From assembly GCF_964355755.1 (NCBI RefSeq), contig NC_092670.1:5446201-5510200 (forward strand): a stretch of DNA of 64,000 nt, written 5' to 3'. Position 1 is the stretch's first letter. The number at the start of each line of letters is the position of its first letter. Of the stretch, positions 24,217 through 37,600 are shown piece after piece. Made by a program: the position numbers and the translations under genes. Source of the stretch: Antedon mediterranea (Eukaryota; Animalia; Echinodermata). Under the pieces are notes generated by a model, which had not been told where the DNA came from, did no database searches, and saw only the letters and a list, made by a program, of their open reading frames with translations.

Positions 24217-26625
24217 CAAGTCAGATCTCTCGAGTAGGCCACTGACGTCGAAATAACAGATTAAAAAGCAACCAATTTTGAAAATTAACAAAACTGAAAC
24301 TGGTGTATTACATAAATTCAATGGTTTATTCCGTGTATATCTGTTTTGAAATTAAAACGTCTGGATTAATGAACAATTGGTTTTTTGAAATTCATCTCCC
24401 AAATCCTTGAAAAAAGGGATAGAGAATTAAATAGTATATAAATGCGTGGAGGAATTTGATCAAATAATGCAGTCTCACGATTACGATTAAACAAAAGTCA
24501 CTGTCAAACAATACATTTCATTATTACATTTAGTTATCTTATTGGTGTTGCTGCTATAATTGAATCAATGCAATCGACAACAGGACACTGAGCTCCCTTG
24601 CTAAGATAGGAACTCATAACAATCCTTTGATCTTATGTATGTATAGTACTGTACTATAAGGTACATATTCTCCGGGGGCGCGCAGTGTATGTTAAGGGGG
24701 CGTGGAACTGATCGTTTCGCAGCCACAGATTAACCCTTTGATCTCCGAAGCTCAGCATCCTGTTGTTAGATTTCCTTGATTGTATTGTCTTGTTATAGGC
24801 CTATTATATTTATATCTCTGTATGCAAGTCACATAAATACATTTAAAAAATCGTCCATCGTATAAACTTCGACAGAATTCAAGTATATTTAAAAAAAAGA
24901 TAGCCTACCGTGTGGGTCAATACGACCATTCGGATAATAGATCGGATACAGTTAATTGGATTGGAAAAACGCAGGTGAAATATAAATTGTTTTCATGCCT
25001 ATCCTTTTGATGACGTTTTCATTTAAAATATGGATCCATTAATACAACAGTAATTAATTAAATAAATTGAAGATGAGCTCCATTCCAAAAAAGTAAACAA
25101 TAATGTAATGCACAACACTGAGTCTTAAGTTGAAGATGTTCTTGAGAGAGATAATTGTCCTATCTTGGTATTTCCAGCCGACCAAACACGCCCCGACATT
25201 AAACCATATTTACCCTATGAAGATCTGACCGCCCACAATTTCAGATATGTGCATTTTGTGCAGTATAGGCCTATTCCCTGTCTTTTTTTAAAATTTTTGT
25301 TTATTGAAATTAACATATATTTGTTTATATAAAATCTCGAATTGTACACATTACATGAAGTTGTAGACGTGACAATGAATTTTATTTTACTACTAACGAA
25401 ATCAAGAAAATGTTATGGTTTAACTCATTTCTCTGAAGAAAGAAGATCAAGATCATTATTGCATGTTTTAAAAAAAATTACAATTTATAATATAAATGCG
25501 AATTAATGACATTGACCTAGTGCTGTATGTATTTATTTCTTTCTTTTACGTCAGACGTCCCTGAAGTCAATATATACGGATGTCCGCAGTATGATGTTTT
25601 GTTGAATGGCCTTCTTTGGAGTTCAATAAACAAAACCATCCTAGTTATAGATAGAATCACTATCTTCAAATCTACGGGGCGCCGTCTGGGACATTTATAC
25701 AAAGACAAAATAATTGTTTGTTAACACAAAAAATTATGTTATCTTAAATTTAAATTCATTACTTTGTCCACATAATATTGATTCTATCGTTAAAACGTTA
25801 TCCTGTTAATACAATTTTATTTATTTATTTGAACCATATTATGCGTTTTAATGTCATTACTTAAATTATACTTCAGTACGGTATTGAACTAAGCCTACTT
25901 TGTTATCGTATCGTGCTATACGTTATAGTAAAAAAAAGAAGAAATACGCATAATTTCCAAGTTTTGAAAAACAATGGCAGCTAGGTAATGTCTGCTATAG
26001 CTTAACGTAATTGACATGATGAACAGTTGATTGAGCTTTCTGAAGAGTTGCGATCATATACTGTTTTCATTGTGTTCGCTTGTCGCTTCACATTTACTTT
26101 AAGGCTTCATTTGCATGACACCTGACTATTATTGTACCACGTAACAGTACTGAGATAGCGTCGGGCGTAGTTTTTAGGTCGTCGCGAGAAATGTTTACAT
26201 GTTTAATTTTCTCCCGACGAGACGACTCATTGGGCATCGTCTAGTCTGGGCTCCAGACGGAGTTTTTTCTTAATATTAGTAAAAATATAAATATTTTTGC
26301 ACATATGGCGTTTCATACGTGTATTACTTGAGTTTGGATACTCCGTCTGGGGAAACACGCAAAAGTCACGTGGTTTGACACCAAGAATTCTTGGTGCATA
26401 GATTATCCGGTTGACTAGTTTCAGCTGCATGCGATTGGCTACTCACTCGTACACTGTTTTTTAAAACATAAAATAATAATAATAAAAATATTAAAATATT
26501 CATATTTCAGAATTTCAAAGACTCAACAACTAAGATGGTACGCATGCGCTATGTTACGTTTAGACTGTGTACTTTGGGTACATTGATGAAAGTTTCTGAA
26601 GGCTAGAAAGGATTTTATATGGATC

Positions 26626-26666
26626 TTTTAATCAGGGAGATGTAATTTACATCTCCCTGATTTAAT
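26626..26666. mobile_element. 27-bp palindromic insertion with imperfect 7-bp TSD (second P-like footprint)
   Basis: TTTTAAT [CAGGGAGATGTAA T TTACATCTCCCTG] ATTTAAT. Confidence 0.55.
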
Positions 26667-27029
26667 ATTACGCGGAGATAATTTGATTTAATTCCCACCC
26701 AGACCTGTCCTGTTCTGTGTAGTGGTGTAGCCCTGTTGTGTGTGAATCCTGTTGTGTGCCGGTGGTGGTATTATGTAGGCCTACCTTATTGGCGTTTTAT
26801 TTGACAGGTCATACGTGCGAGTTGAGTAGGACCTACGAAGGAGGCCTAGGCTAAGGACTAAACAATTAATAAACAAAACAACTTGGCAACACGATTTCAT
26901 ATTTTAACAGTCTCGATCGTACATTCAGGACTGTACGTAGGCCTACTCGATCTTTTTCATTTTGAAACAAAATGATCATTGGTTGATTGATTTTTCAGGA
27001 ATTTGTATGATTTATTTCTTTTTTATTTT

Positions 27030-27076
27030 TAAATGCGCCTTGAGCACTCTGGAGTGGTATGTGCGCTATAAAAATC

Positions 27077-27114
<38 letters not shown>
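27030..27114 (+). mobile_element. L2-type LINE/SINE 3' tail with (TTA)n
   Basis: GCGCCTTGAGCAC...GCGCTATAAAAATCTTATT(ATT)n has the same architecture as the tails at 40860-40934 and 52925-52985. Confidence 0.65.
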
Positions 27115-27115
<1 letters not shown>

Positions 27116-27310
27116 GAAATCCATATTTACATACCGCCCGCCCCATATAGCCAAATACGGTATGATAACCTACGTCATTCTTATCGGATGTTTGCGGTCT
27201 GCAAATCGATTTCTATACGTGTTTCACAAGTCTGTATTTTCAGACAAAAATCCCGGTCGAAATAAAAACAAATAAATTTAAAAAAAAAACAATACAGACT
27301 TGGGGCAAGT

Positions 27311-27496
27311 CTAGGCATCGTCGTACGATGCTGTCTGAGTTGGTCTTAAGTCCTCCGGATTTCTGTATTTTTGGCAAAAGTCATACTCGTCTGGCATGTT
27401 GTGAGTAGTATTAAAGCTAACATCTTCATAATAGTGAAAGATGATTTCTCGCCCTGATGTCATCTGGTTAAATGGATAGAAGCAGTATAGATACAA
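27311..27496 (-). pseudogene. Truncated, frameshifted copy of the ST8Sia last exon
   Basis: YLYCFYPFNQMTSGREIIFHYYEDVSFNTTHNMPDEY aligns with SLYGFYPFNQTSSGRQVLFHYYEDVSFNNTHNMPDEY of 42521-42770. It lacks the acceptor and the first half of sialylmotif S, has a G>C change in YGF, and shifts frame after DEY. Confidence 0.9.
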
Positions 27497-28695
27497 TTTT
27501 TAGTTATTTATTTATTAAATATCCACAAATCACAGCAAAAACCGAATTGCTTGGGATTTACAAAATACGAGAATAGTTACACAAATCAATAAGCACGTAT
27601 AGTATAAATACAAAAAAATATAAAAGCGATATTTAATAATAAGTATAACCTATAACCTACATATTACTACTAATGTAATATACATACAAATCGAGGAAGA
27701 GTTATTGCACAATTAAAATTGAGAAAATGTGCACAACAGTAAAGAGTGTTGTTGTTGCTTGCTGTTCACGTGTCAACTGTAGCGAAAATTTTGCATGGCG
27801 AAAATGTTATATTTCAATATAATTATAGTATTTTAATCATTGTATTGTATTTTACAGATATTATACATTATGTGTAAATGTCAAAACATGTAATATTTAG
27901 ATAGGATTGAAAAATGGTTAGGTACAAACATGGTAAAATATGTTTTTTTGATAATTTGCAAATTATCTAGGTAAATAAATAGTAACGAGTTCATTTCTGG
28001 AGTGTTTTTAAATTCATATAATAAACCAATTAGGCATACAGTTTGTGTTATTTGTACTTTTAAATATAAACTATTGCAAATACAATTTTGAAGCAGCATG
28101 TTCCGTGTGGAACAAAAATAAAGTACGCAGGCTTACAATTGTATTGATAAAGAATACATAGTTCAGATAAAGAGCATACATTAATTTCATTTTTCTTACA
28201 ATAGCTTTTTTTTAATGTATCATTGATATAGGCCTAAAGCCATTGTCACCAACATCATGCTGATTATTTGTTATGGTAATTTGCATTAAACTAAGCATAA
28301 CACTAACAATAGACCTATAATACCTTGATTATTTTCCTTAATATAATTATGATTTAGCTATTGTATACTCTTTGTAAAATGGAATGTATTTAATAAATGG
28401 AATAATGCACATAAAATAAATATAATGAAATGTTCATCTTTTCATTGCCCAGGCAAAACCAGCACTGTGGTCATGTTACAAGTGTTGTCAAAACAAAATA
28501 GATTATCTTATAAAACTCCTACAAAGTAGGGAACCTTTTGCCATTTTGAGAATACACTCAATACATACATTTCCACGTTTACGGTACTGAAAGCTTATAT
28601 ATTATTCTAAAGAAGTAAAACTGTTGACTAACTAGAAAGTAGTGTTTCTACGAATGTGACAAAGTCGCATAAACGTATCACTGTTTGTTTGATAT

Positions 28696-31600
28696 TCATC
28701 TCATTTCCATTTCATCCCTTTGTTGTGATAAATTATCAACACTTCCAATTTTGTTTAATGTAAGGTGTGAAAGCTGAAAAATAGTATGATGAATAGGTTA
28801 ATTTAAGAATTATCCTCACAAAATTTTGACAAGACAATAATATGAAATATAACAGAACACAACAATTAAAAATGTAATTAAAATGAATAGAATGTATATA
28901 TATTAAAAATAAAGTAATGAAAAAAAAAATTATAATCAAAAGAGAAATCAATTAAAACAATGAAAAAATAAATTGGCCATTTCGGAGAGAAAATGCGAGA
29001 TGGAAAAAAAAAGTAAGATAAAGCATGTCGGATATCTAAAGGAAGAGAATTAAAGGAAGAAAATTAAGGAAAGATCATTGAAGCTAAAAGACTGAAAAGT
29101 TCCCAGTAAGGTCTGGGGATAATGAGATATCACCGTTAGTGATCTGCCTTGTGGCCATGCGCATAAGTGATCTTAATAAGTAATTGACAGACAGTTAATG
29201 CTTGGTTCCCACTAGCGACGCCACAAGGACGTAACGCAACGCAAGTGAATTGACCAATCACAAGCGATGGCTTATTCGCTTGTGATTGCTAACTGTCTAT
29301 AACTTCGCTTGTCATTGGTTAAAACGCTTGCGTTGCGTTTACGTCGTTGCGTTACGTTCTAGTGGGAACCAAGCTTTAGTGAGCAAGATTCTGTAATTCC
29401 AAAAACTGGAACAATCCAATCTGCTAGCATAAGATAGCAATTCTGCCAAACAAACTTTTGCTGCGGCCCTGTATAATATGAATTTGCGAATCAACTGGTA
29501 GTATCGCAAATACTACAATATCGTCAGTCTCCCTAACCCACACGTTCAACCGTTTTATTTATGTCATGATTTTCCTTTCGGCATTGCTATATCAAATCAT
29601 AATTTCAGCAACATTATTGAAATAATTACTGACATCACAACTATAGAGCGTTATACAAACCTTTAATTTTGTATCATCTCCAGAAGGGCGTGCATTCTTT
29701 TTATTTGCCTTATTAATTGCTCGTTTTTCTCGAATTCTATCAATTCCATTACGAACCTAGAATGAACGAGAACATATTTAGCATAAAAAACAATCCATTC
29801 TTCGAGCTTACGCGGCTCTATATAGGCCATGTATAAATCGTATGCGCATTCTGATCGCTCTATTAAAATGTATGTGACGTGTCCACGATTAATTTACCAA
29901 AAAAAAATATGTTGATGAACAATTGTTCTTTTTATTTCATCTTAATCGAACGACGGAAAATTTGTCGACTGCATTTTTAATGTTTGGATTATTATATTGA
30001 TCTGGGCCTCCGTTGTTGAATAGAGTTAAATTGAATTAAATTGCGCAGCTAGGAAGACATTTCTTTATGTTGTAGCATTTTGGGCGCTCCAAGGCAATAT
30101 GTTTCATTTTAGTATTGATACAAATCCTTCTCTCTCATTTATCCATGACCTAAGACAACATAAACTCTATTCATTTATGAAATAAAAACACATCATTTGT
30201 TATGCTAAATCGTTTTTCTGATAATTAACATATGAGCCTTTTTACAGTACCTCCGAGTTTCGAACACAGTAGAACACGAATACAAACACTCCCTGAAAGA
30301 AAAGACGTATTGACAAAGCACGATGAAATAAACAATTTCTTGGCAACTTCCATTGATTAAGGTGGGAGTTGGGGAATTGTTAATCTTAAAACAGGTCTTT
30401 AATTGGAAGAGTATTGAAGAATGCTGTTGACAGTCGGCGTCGGCGTTGAGAAACAATAAAAAGGGTTTTCATAATGCCATGATAAATTTTACCTGTAGGC
30501 AGTTGAGTATGGTAAAGGCATAGATGCCGATTATATGGAGGTTGGCGAATACTCCGGTGACCCATGTCGTACCAAGAATGGGAGTCAACACCATTGCTCC
30601 CTTTGCCGCTGCTCTATAAGAAAATAAAAACAAAACATTACAATAATATACAATAATACCAATCATATTAATTCATTGAAAGGTACAACAGTTTCAGATT
30701 ACCAGGGAATGATTGATCAATGTATTATTATTGAAGGCCTAATTGTTCATTTAAGCAACAATTGTGATATTGATATATTGACATTTTGTATGTCTTTTAT
30801 GTGTGTTTTTCCGTATTAATGTTTTATGGATGTTTTAATCGATTGTAACGAAGAAGGCGAGTCTCACATTTTATAGTTTACAGTATTATGTGACAATAAA
30901 GTTTATCTATGTATATATCTATTAGTTTGTATTGGAGGAAAAATTATATTCATTATTGATTCGATGGCATTGTTGGTATTTTCAATCACTTTTAACATTG
31001 TTACAGCACCAATAACAAAGAGAACTGGATAGCGATTATTATAAATTTGAATGTCAATATTCATATTAAATGGCGTATCCTTCATTTCCATTACTTACAT
31101 TGTCTGTACTTTTTTGTTTTGTTTCGTGAACCCATCGTCAACAGCTTTCACAACAACAAACACCACTCTCACCAAGATAAGCATGTTTACCTACACATAA
31201 AATACAGAAAGAAACATAGACCTATATTAGTAAATAAGTAAAGATTTTGCCAAACCTTAGTTCATTTAAAAATGCGAGTATTTGAGAAAGCTTCAGAAAA
31301 AAACAAAAGTTGTTATGTGTGACTGAGATAACAGTCTGCTATGTTTTAATATGGGTATCGGTACATGTTCAAGTGAGCCTTTCCAAAATCTCCGTCAATA
31401 TGAGTATACTCACCAGCGTTATAGCAGCCGCTGGACCCAGAAATGCCCAGATCATGTCATTCTCCCACGAAAGCCAACAGCTAAAAAGAAATTCTTGATG
31501 ATAAGTTAAATTTAGGGTAACTTTTATTTTAAGACGATAGCTTGACATTTGCGATAATGAACTAACAATTGACCAATCAAAAGTGACATTTTTTATCGTG

Positions 31601-34600
31601 CCGACAAATAAATGAAACGAATATAAGTCAGTTAGTCAACTGAATGTGGGGTACTTATTGTTATAATCGTCTGACAATCGTGACATACATACAGTATATA
31701 AATCTAAAGGTTTTGCGATCAGTACTGTAAAGAGTTTACCTTGCCGCGTCTGGCTCAGGTTTGTACCCATTCCACCACAGTGACGCGGTGATGACAACTA
31801 CCACAACAGGAGATCCTTTAAAAATGATAAATAAATTGAATCAAAATGATATCGTTCTTCATGATACTTTTTTTTTCTTTTATGTTCCTTCGTCTATGAC
31901 GTCAAGCCATTCTTTTTATGTACGTAACTGTATATACGAATAATGAAATATTTTGAACTGAAAGGATGAATATAATAAATAATAATATAACCAGTGCACT
32001 ACGACCTATTCGGCTCTTATTACACATATTAATCACACATCCGCACACCTACAAACATTTACAAATACATACATTTATTCATCAAATCACAAATAAAATA
32101 ATGTACAAAGAAAATGATGAGATGATGAAAACTACAACAAATACAATACAAACCCCATGCTGTAGCAACATAGTATCGAAGGTAACTTTTGCCAGATCTA
32201 AACACCTTTACAACTAACAGATATAAATGCACCCCTTCCATCAACATCCAACAAAACACTGTGAGCCAGATGTAGTGCATTGCTACTGTAACGCTTTGAC
32301 ACATTACCTGAAAAGGAGAAATGCAATGTAAGGGAAATATTCTTTGAAACATAACGTTCCATGACTATTGATATAACAGTCCATCAATATAGTATGTGTT
32401 TATCGAAATGACTTTAAATCAATCAAGCATACGTTAGTCACGTAAATGGGCGGTTGGGAAGAAACAAAAAAACTTACTAGAAAGTGTCTTTTATTTAAGA
32501 AATATTTTAGATTGTTTGAAAGGTGTAAATAAATAGAGGCCTACTCACATCATTCTCTTTAACTAGTGGAGCAACGAGAAAAATAATCTGGGCCAATATT
32601 AGAGACACAACAAAATTCTTGTGTATTGTTATACGAGTTGAGTTTAAAGATCTGTAAATAACAATAATAACATTCAGACCAAAGGCTCCTAAAAATGTTG
32701 TTATCATGGCCAACATAGTTTAAGTAACATCGTGAATCAAATTCATCATTTCTATCTGGTCCGTAGCCATGTTGCATTCGTTTTATAACAATTTAATTTG
32801 AATCCTGACACAAAAAATGACATTTTAATTATTAATAAGTGTAATACATTCATACTATGTTCATCTTTTTTTAAAAGTGTCGTCAGCTAGCTAAGCGATT
32901 TTTACATGAGTTACATCAGTTCCCTCAATGTAGTACCTTTAATTAATACATACTTTCGTATCTGTGTAACCAAAGACAAGGAGAGGAAATTAGCAGAGGA
33001 CCACCTTGTTGACTCTGTGCTTCTAGAAATCAACCATTATTTGTTATAGTGCACTCTGTCTCTTCATTGAGGTGGTTAGTACTTACGGAATGCAGAATAA
33101 AACGGTGATGGTAATGAAGAGAGCAGCCAGTGAGAAAGCACATCCAATATACGTTATTATGTTCAGTGGTACCACATGTTCGTCAGGAATCTAGATGTAA
33201 TTGAAAAGGAGATCAAGTTGAATGTGATATTGTAGCGAATTTTTACAAACCTACGGACTTTGGTATCAACACAACGACGTTGTTCTCATACGGGTCGTGT
33301 ATCAGTGCATATGCCTATGAAATACATCATTTATACACAAATATGTATCTTAAATTAAAAATTAACTGAATACGTAATTGAATATTCTCGGCTAGACCGC
33401 CCTTACGACAACTACGTTCTTACATTTTTGGTAACCAATACTGCATACGAAGTAGTATGATTACATGCACAATTCACTGCTTTTTCGGATTGTTCAGTTT
33501 TGCAACCGTATGTTGACCAATCTCTAAAAGATAAAGTTTGTTGAATAGTCTCTTATTTGTGGATGGTTGAGAGGCATTCTTAGCGAAATTCAGAAGCTTA
33601 ATTCTAGAATTATCCAAACAATTCGTTCTAAACTAAATATAAAACTGCCATGGAATTAAATAGGCTAAACATGGAATGAGAAATCATGTACTAGTGAGTT
33701 TTACTAGGTTATATAATAGGCCTACATTTAACTTACATTTCGTCTTTCTTCCAGAATGCACAAACGTAATTTTCATTTTCACTAATATTCTAGGAAAAAA
33801 AGTATACAATTTAAGAACAGCAAAAACAGCCGACAACTTCAGCAGAAAAGCAGTAACTTGATAGCAAATTCAAGTTAGTCCATAATAACCACATTTATCG
33901 CAACTTTAGAAGCAAAGAAGCATCATGATGACTAATTCAGACACTATTTCATTGAGACCAACTCGAACATTATTTAAGCAACAACTATGGCAAACCTAAC
34001 ATAATCAGGCGCAAGCATTGTCATAACCAACATCTCGACACCACCCAATTGCCAAAACAAAAAACTACATACACTAACCAAACCCAATAATCCGAAATTC
34101 TATTATACCTGTTTTATGTTAAGATTAAATTCTATCTGTGTTGACACCTTAGTTCCATTCACAGAAAAAGAAGCAGCTAACAAATCTGATCCCAGACTCG
34201 TATATTCTGTTTTACCAAATCTGTAAAAGAAGTGTTTCGGTAGTCTGACTCTATTTTCAATTTTAAAAGAAATATTTCCTAAAACAGGTTTTGGTTATCG
34301 AACTTGACTAAGAATAGTTTTTCGTTTGAATATAGTTTTATGTGGTAAAAGTATTCTTACTTACTGATTAATGTTACTTTCATGTTTAAAAAGTAGAAGC
34401 GCAACCACCGAGATGAGATTTTCTGATATTAGATTAGAAAACACATTTTTGGAAATAATTTAAATGTTAAAAATATTTTGTTAAAGGTGAAAATCAATTA
34501 AAGTTGTCTTTATAATATTGTTTATCTAATTGTTTTTGTTGCTTTTCGCATTTACTTTTTATATGACATAGGCATAATAAGTTTTTATTAAAATCAAGCT

Positions 34601-37600
34601 CAGACAAGATCAATCAGTAAACTGCGATTCAATGTCTTACCTTTACTTTTATTCATATAAAATTCCGAAAGATTTAGACTAATTTCGTTCTCTTTCTTTG
34701 ACACATACTCAAAAGCGCCATAGAAGAAGTTAGTAGATCTGTTGATCGAAACCTCTATAAGAACGATATAAATAACACATTTAGAACTAATTTTAAATTA
34801 ATTCATGTACAAGTTAGTTAAAATGGCTCCAGCATTGGAGAGTAATAGAAAACAATAAAACCAATAAATTCAAAATCAATATACATATACTGACTATACA
34901 ATTCTTAACTCCAGTGTAAATTTGTTGGTAAACTGTAGGCCTACATTAGTTTTCAGAAAAAGGGTTTTACGGCATGACATACTTTAGATCGTTATTATAT
35001 TAGTCATTTAATTCAATTCAATTATACGGAAATCTTATGTTCACTGAAATAATATATCGCTAGGCTGCGGTTGTTTCTTCTTGAAGTTATATAGAAGATT
35101 GTGTCATTGTAGTGTCTGGTGATCAATCATGTAATTATAAAGCTATTGACTCACCAAGAAACTCCAAGTTCAAGTACATGGAATCATTTTTCAAAATTCC
35201 GCCTAAGTTTAAAGCATACATTTCACATTGTTCGATGATTTGGTAGATTTCCTGAAAAATATTTTTTCATATTTCTATATATATATATTGTTTTGTAACA
35301 GGGGGTTTCTACTTATTATAAGCTGTGCTTCAGAGATTCACCCTTTCCATTCTTTTTTTCTTGAATGGAAATAAAGAAACAAATAAAACAAACAAATAAG
35401 ACAACTCATTCATTCAAAAATAATCATTATAACAACATTAATTTAATATTTTAATAATTGTGTGCCAACTTACCTCAGAAGAATAATCTATTGTTTTTGC
35501 CATAAAATCATTACATTCTTGAAATACAACCTTAAAAATAATTTTAGACATGAACAGGTACACTTGGTAGGGATGGCCAATTAAACTTTGGTAGCAACTT
35601 AATTGATATACTTTGAAAAATTACCATGGGATCTGCATTTTTTAAAATGTTTGTTTCTCCCTTCGAATTAGTAGTGTACAAACCCAGGGATACAGTGGTC
35701 GGCATTGCTTCCGTCTCTGACCGTGCTACTGGTACTGGTGTGGCAGTAGTAACTTTATAATTTACAGAAGTTGGTGGCATTGTTGGCCTTGGTTCAGTTG
35801 AAGAAGGTCTTGGCTTGGCAGTGGAACTACAGGGCCTAGTAGTCTGTCCATTTTCCTCACTACTCGAACAATCATCATCATCATCATCATCATCATCTCG
35901 CTTCATTCTTTTCTTCTTCTTGTGTGTAGACCTATTTTCTGAGAAAGGTTATAATTTCAAAAACAAAACATCATTATACAAAATATACTTCGCCTTCATA
36001 TTTTCTTTCTCAATGGTCAGATGTGCCTCCAAAATAGTACTATCCACATAATGGCACGTCACTATTTTGAAACTTATTTCTGAATTGGTCAAAGAAAGTA
36101 TCAATCAAATTCAGAAATTTGGTAGGCCTACTTTTATACGGCTAAAAACGCGCTTATGTTGCACTTTTAGCTAGTGTAGGCCTACATGCCTTTTATTATT
36201 TTATATTATATTGTACACCTTATTTGTCTATGTACTATTCAGTACAAGTGAATACTTACCCGACCGTTTACATACGACATAAGCTCCTGCACAATTCAAC
36301 AATTGAGTTTTGTTACTGGAGATGGAAATGCACTTAGGCCTAACAGATGGACCTATACAGTATATATAATATAATAATATATGTTATGCTATCAGATTCA
36401 TTCATTTCATTCATCTTTTTATTTCGGAATACCATGGTGACATAATATATCCATAGCAAAAGAGAGAAAAAAAATCTTTACCCATATTTAGATTCGTCTT
36501 TCATGCCTGTCTTTTGTTGAATCAAATGATACTAAATGAGCAAAACTTCTAGAATTGTTTTCATCCTAATATTTCTAATTGAATTTTCATTAACTTTACA
36601 CACAACCTATCCAATTCTAAATGTGTAATGTTATTGATAGTTGTAACCAGTAACATGGTGGGACCAAAACCTATTAGTCACACAGGCTATTCACCCCTTA
36701 CTCTCCCCGATGCCTACTTAACTTGGAACACTACATTCCGGAGGAGGGTCTTCCAAGGAAAGTCAATCAGGATGTGGTACCATTTAATTAGTCATACTTC
36801 CTGTCCCCTTAATATAAATATATCTTTTGCAGTTAAGTTAGTTAGTTCGGGTATTGATTCTTGAGCCTATAACATCAGTCAGAATCACTACGTTTCACAT
36901 TGTTTATTAATCTTACTTTTGATTGCATAAATATTATATTTTGTACATTGAATATTTTGTGCCATCGTTATTGTCTTGGCCCTCGACACGACTACCGTTA
37001 CAATAGTACTTTATTATCAATATGTTGATTTATCGGTTTTATACTAAATTGCGAATATATAAACAAAGTTTTGTATTATATTTAGTATAATACCGGGAAT
37101 AATATTCAAAGTATTTAGTGCTTGATCCTCGCCTGGGTAATTTGACAAATTTTACTATAATTCACTGTGGTAAAAATTAATACAAATAATTATGTTTTGC
37201 ACGTAGACATTTCTATTTGGTGTAATTACCATTTGTACAATCAAATAAAATAAAAGAATGTTTCTTGTCTGATAAATCAAACACAAGTTGAAGCATAGAT
37301 TTAAACAATTAATACTTACTTGGTTTTACATGAAGCCAGAAATTACAAGGATTCTGTTGTAAGAAAAACATTGCTATGATACAGACCTATGTCATATTTT
37401 AGAAGCATAATGTGAATGGATTTACAATTGTTTCAAACGTTGATGCAATATTGTAATGAAATGTCACGTAAATTTACAGTTCATATTAAATTTAAACCAC
37501 TTGATGAAAAAACTGTTAGGACTTAGCGATAATCTGGAAGTTGAGGGAAATTTATTTTTTCTACAGAAGTGGGAAGCGGGTGGGTAAAAAACATAATAAA

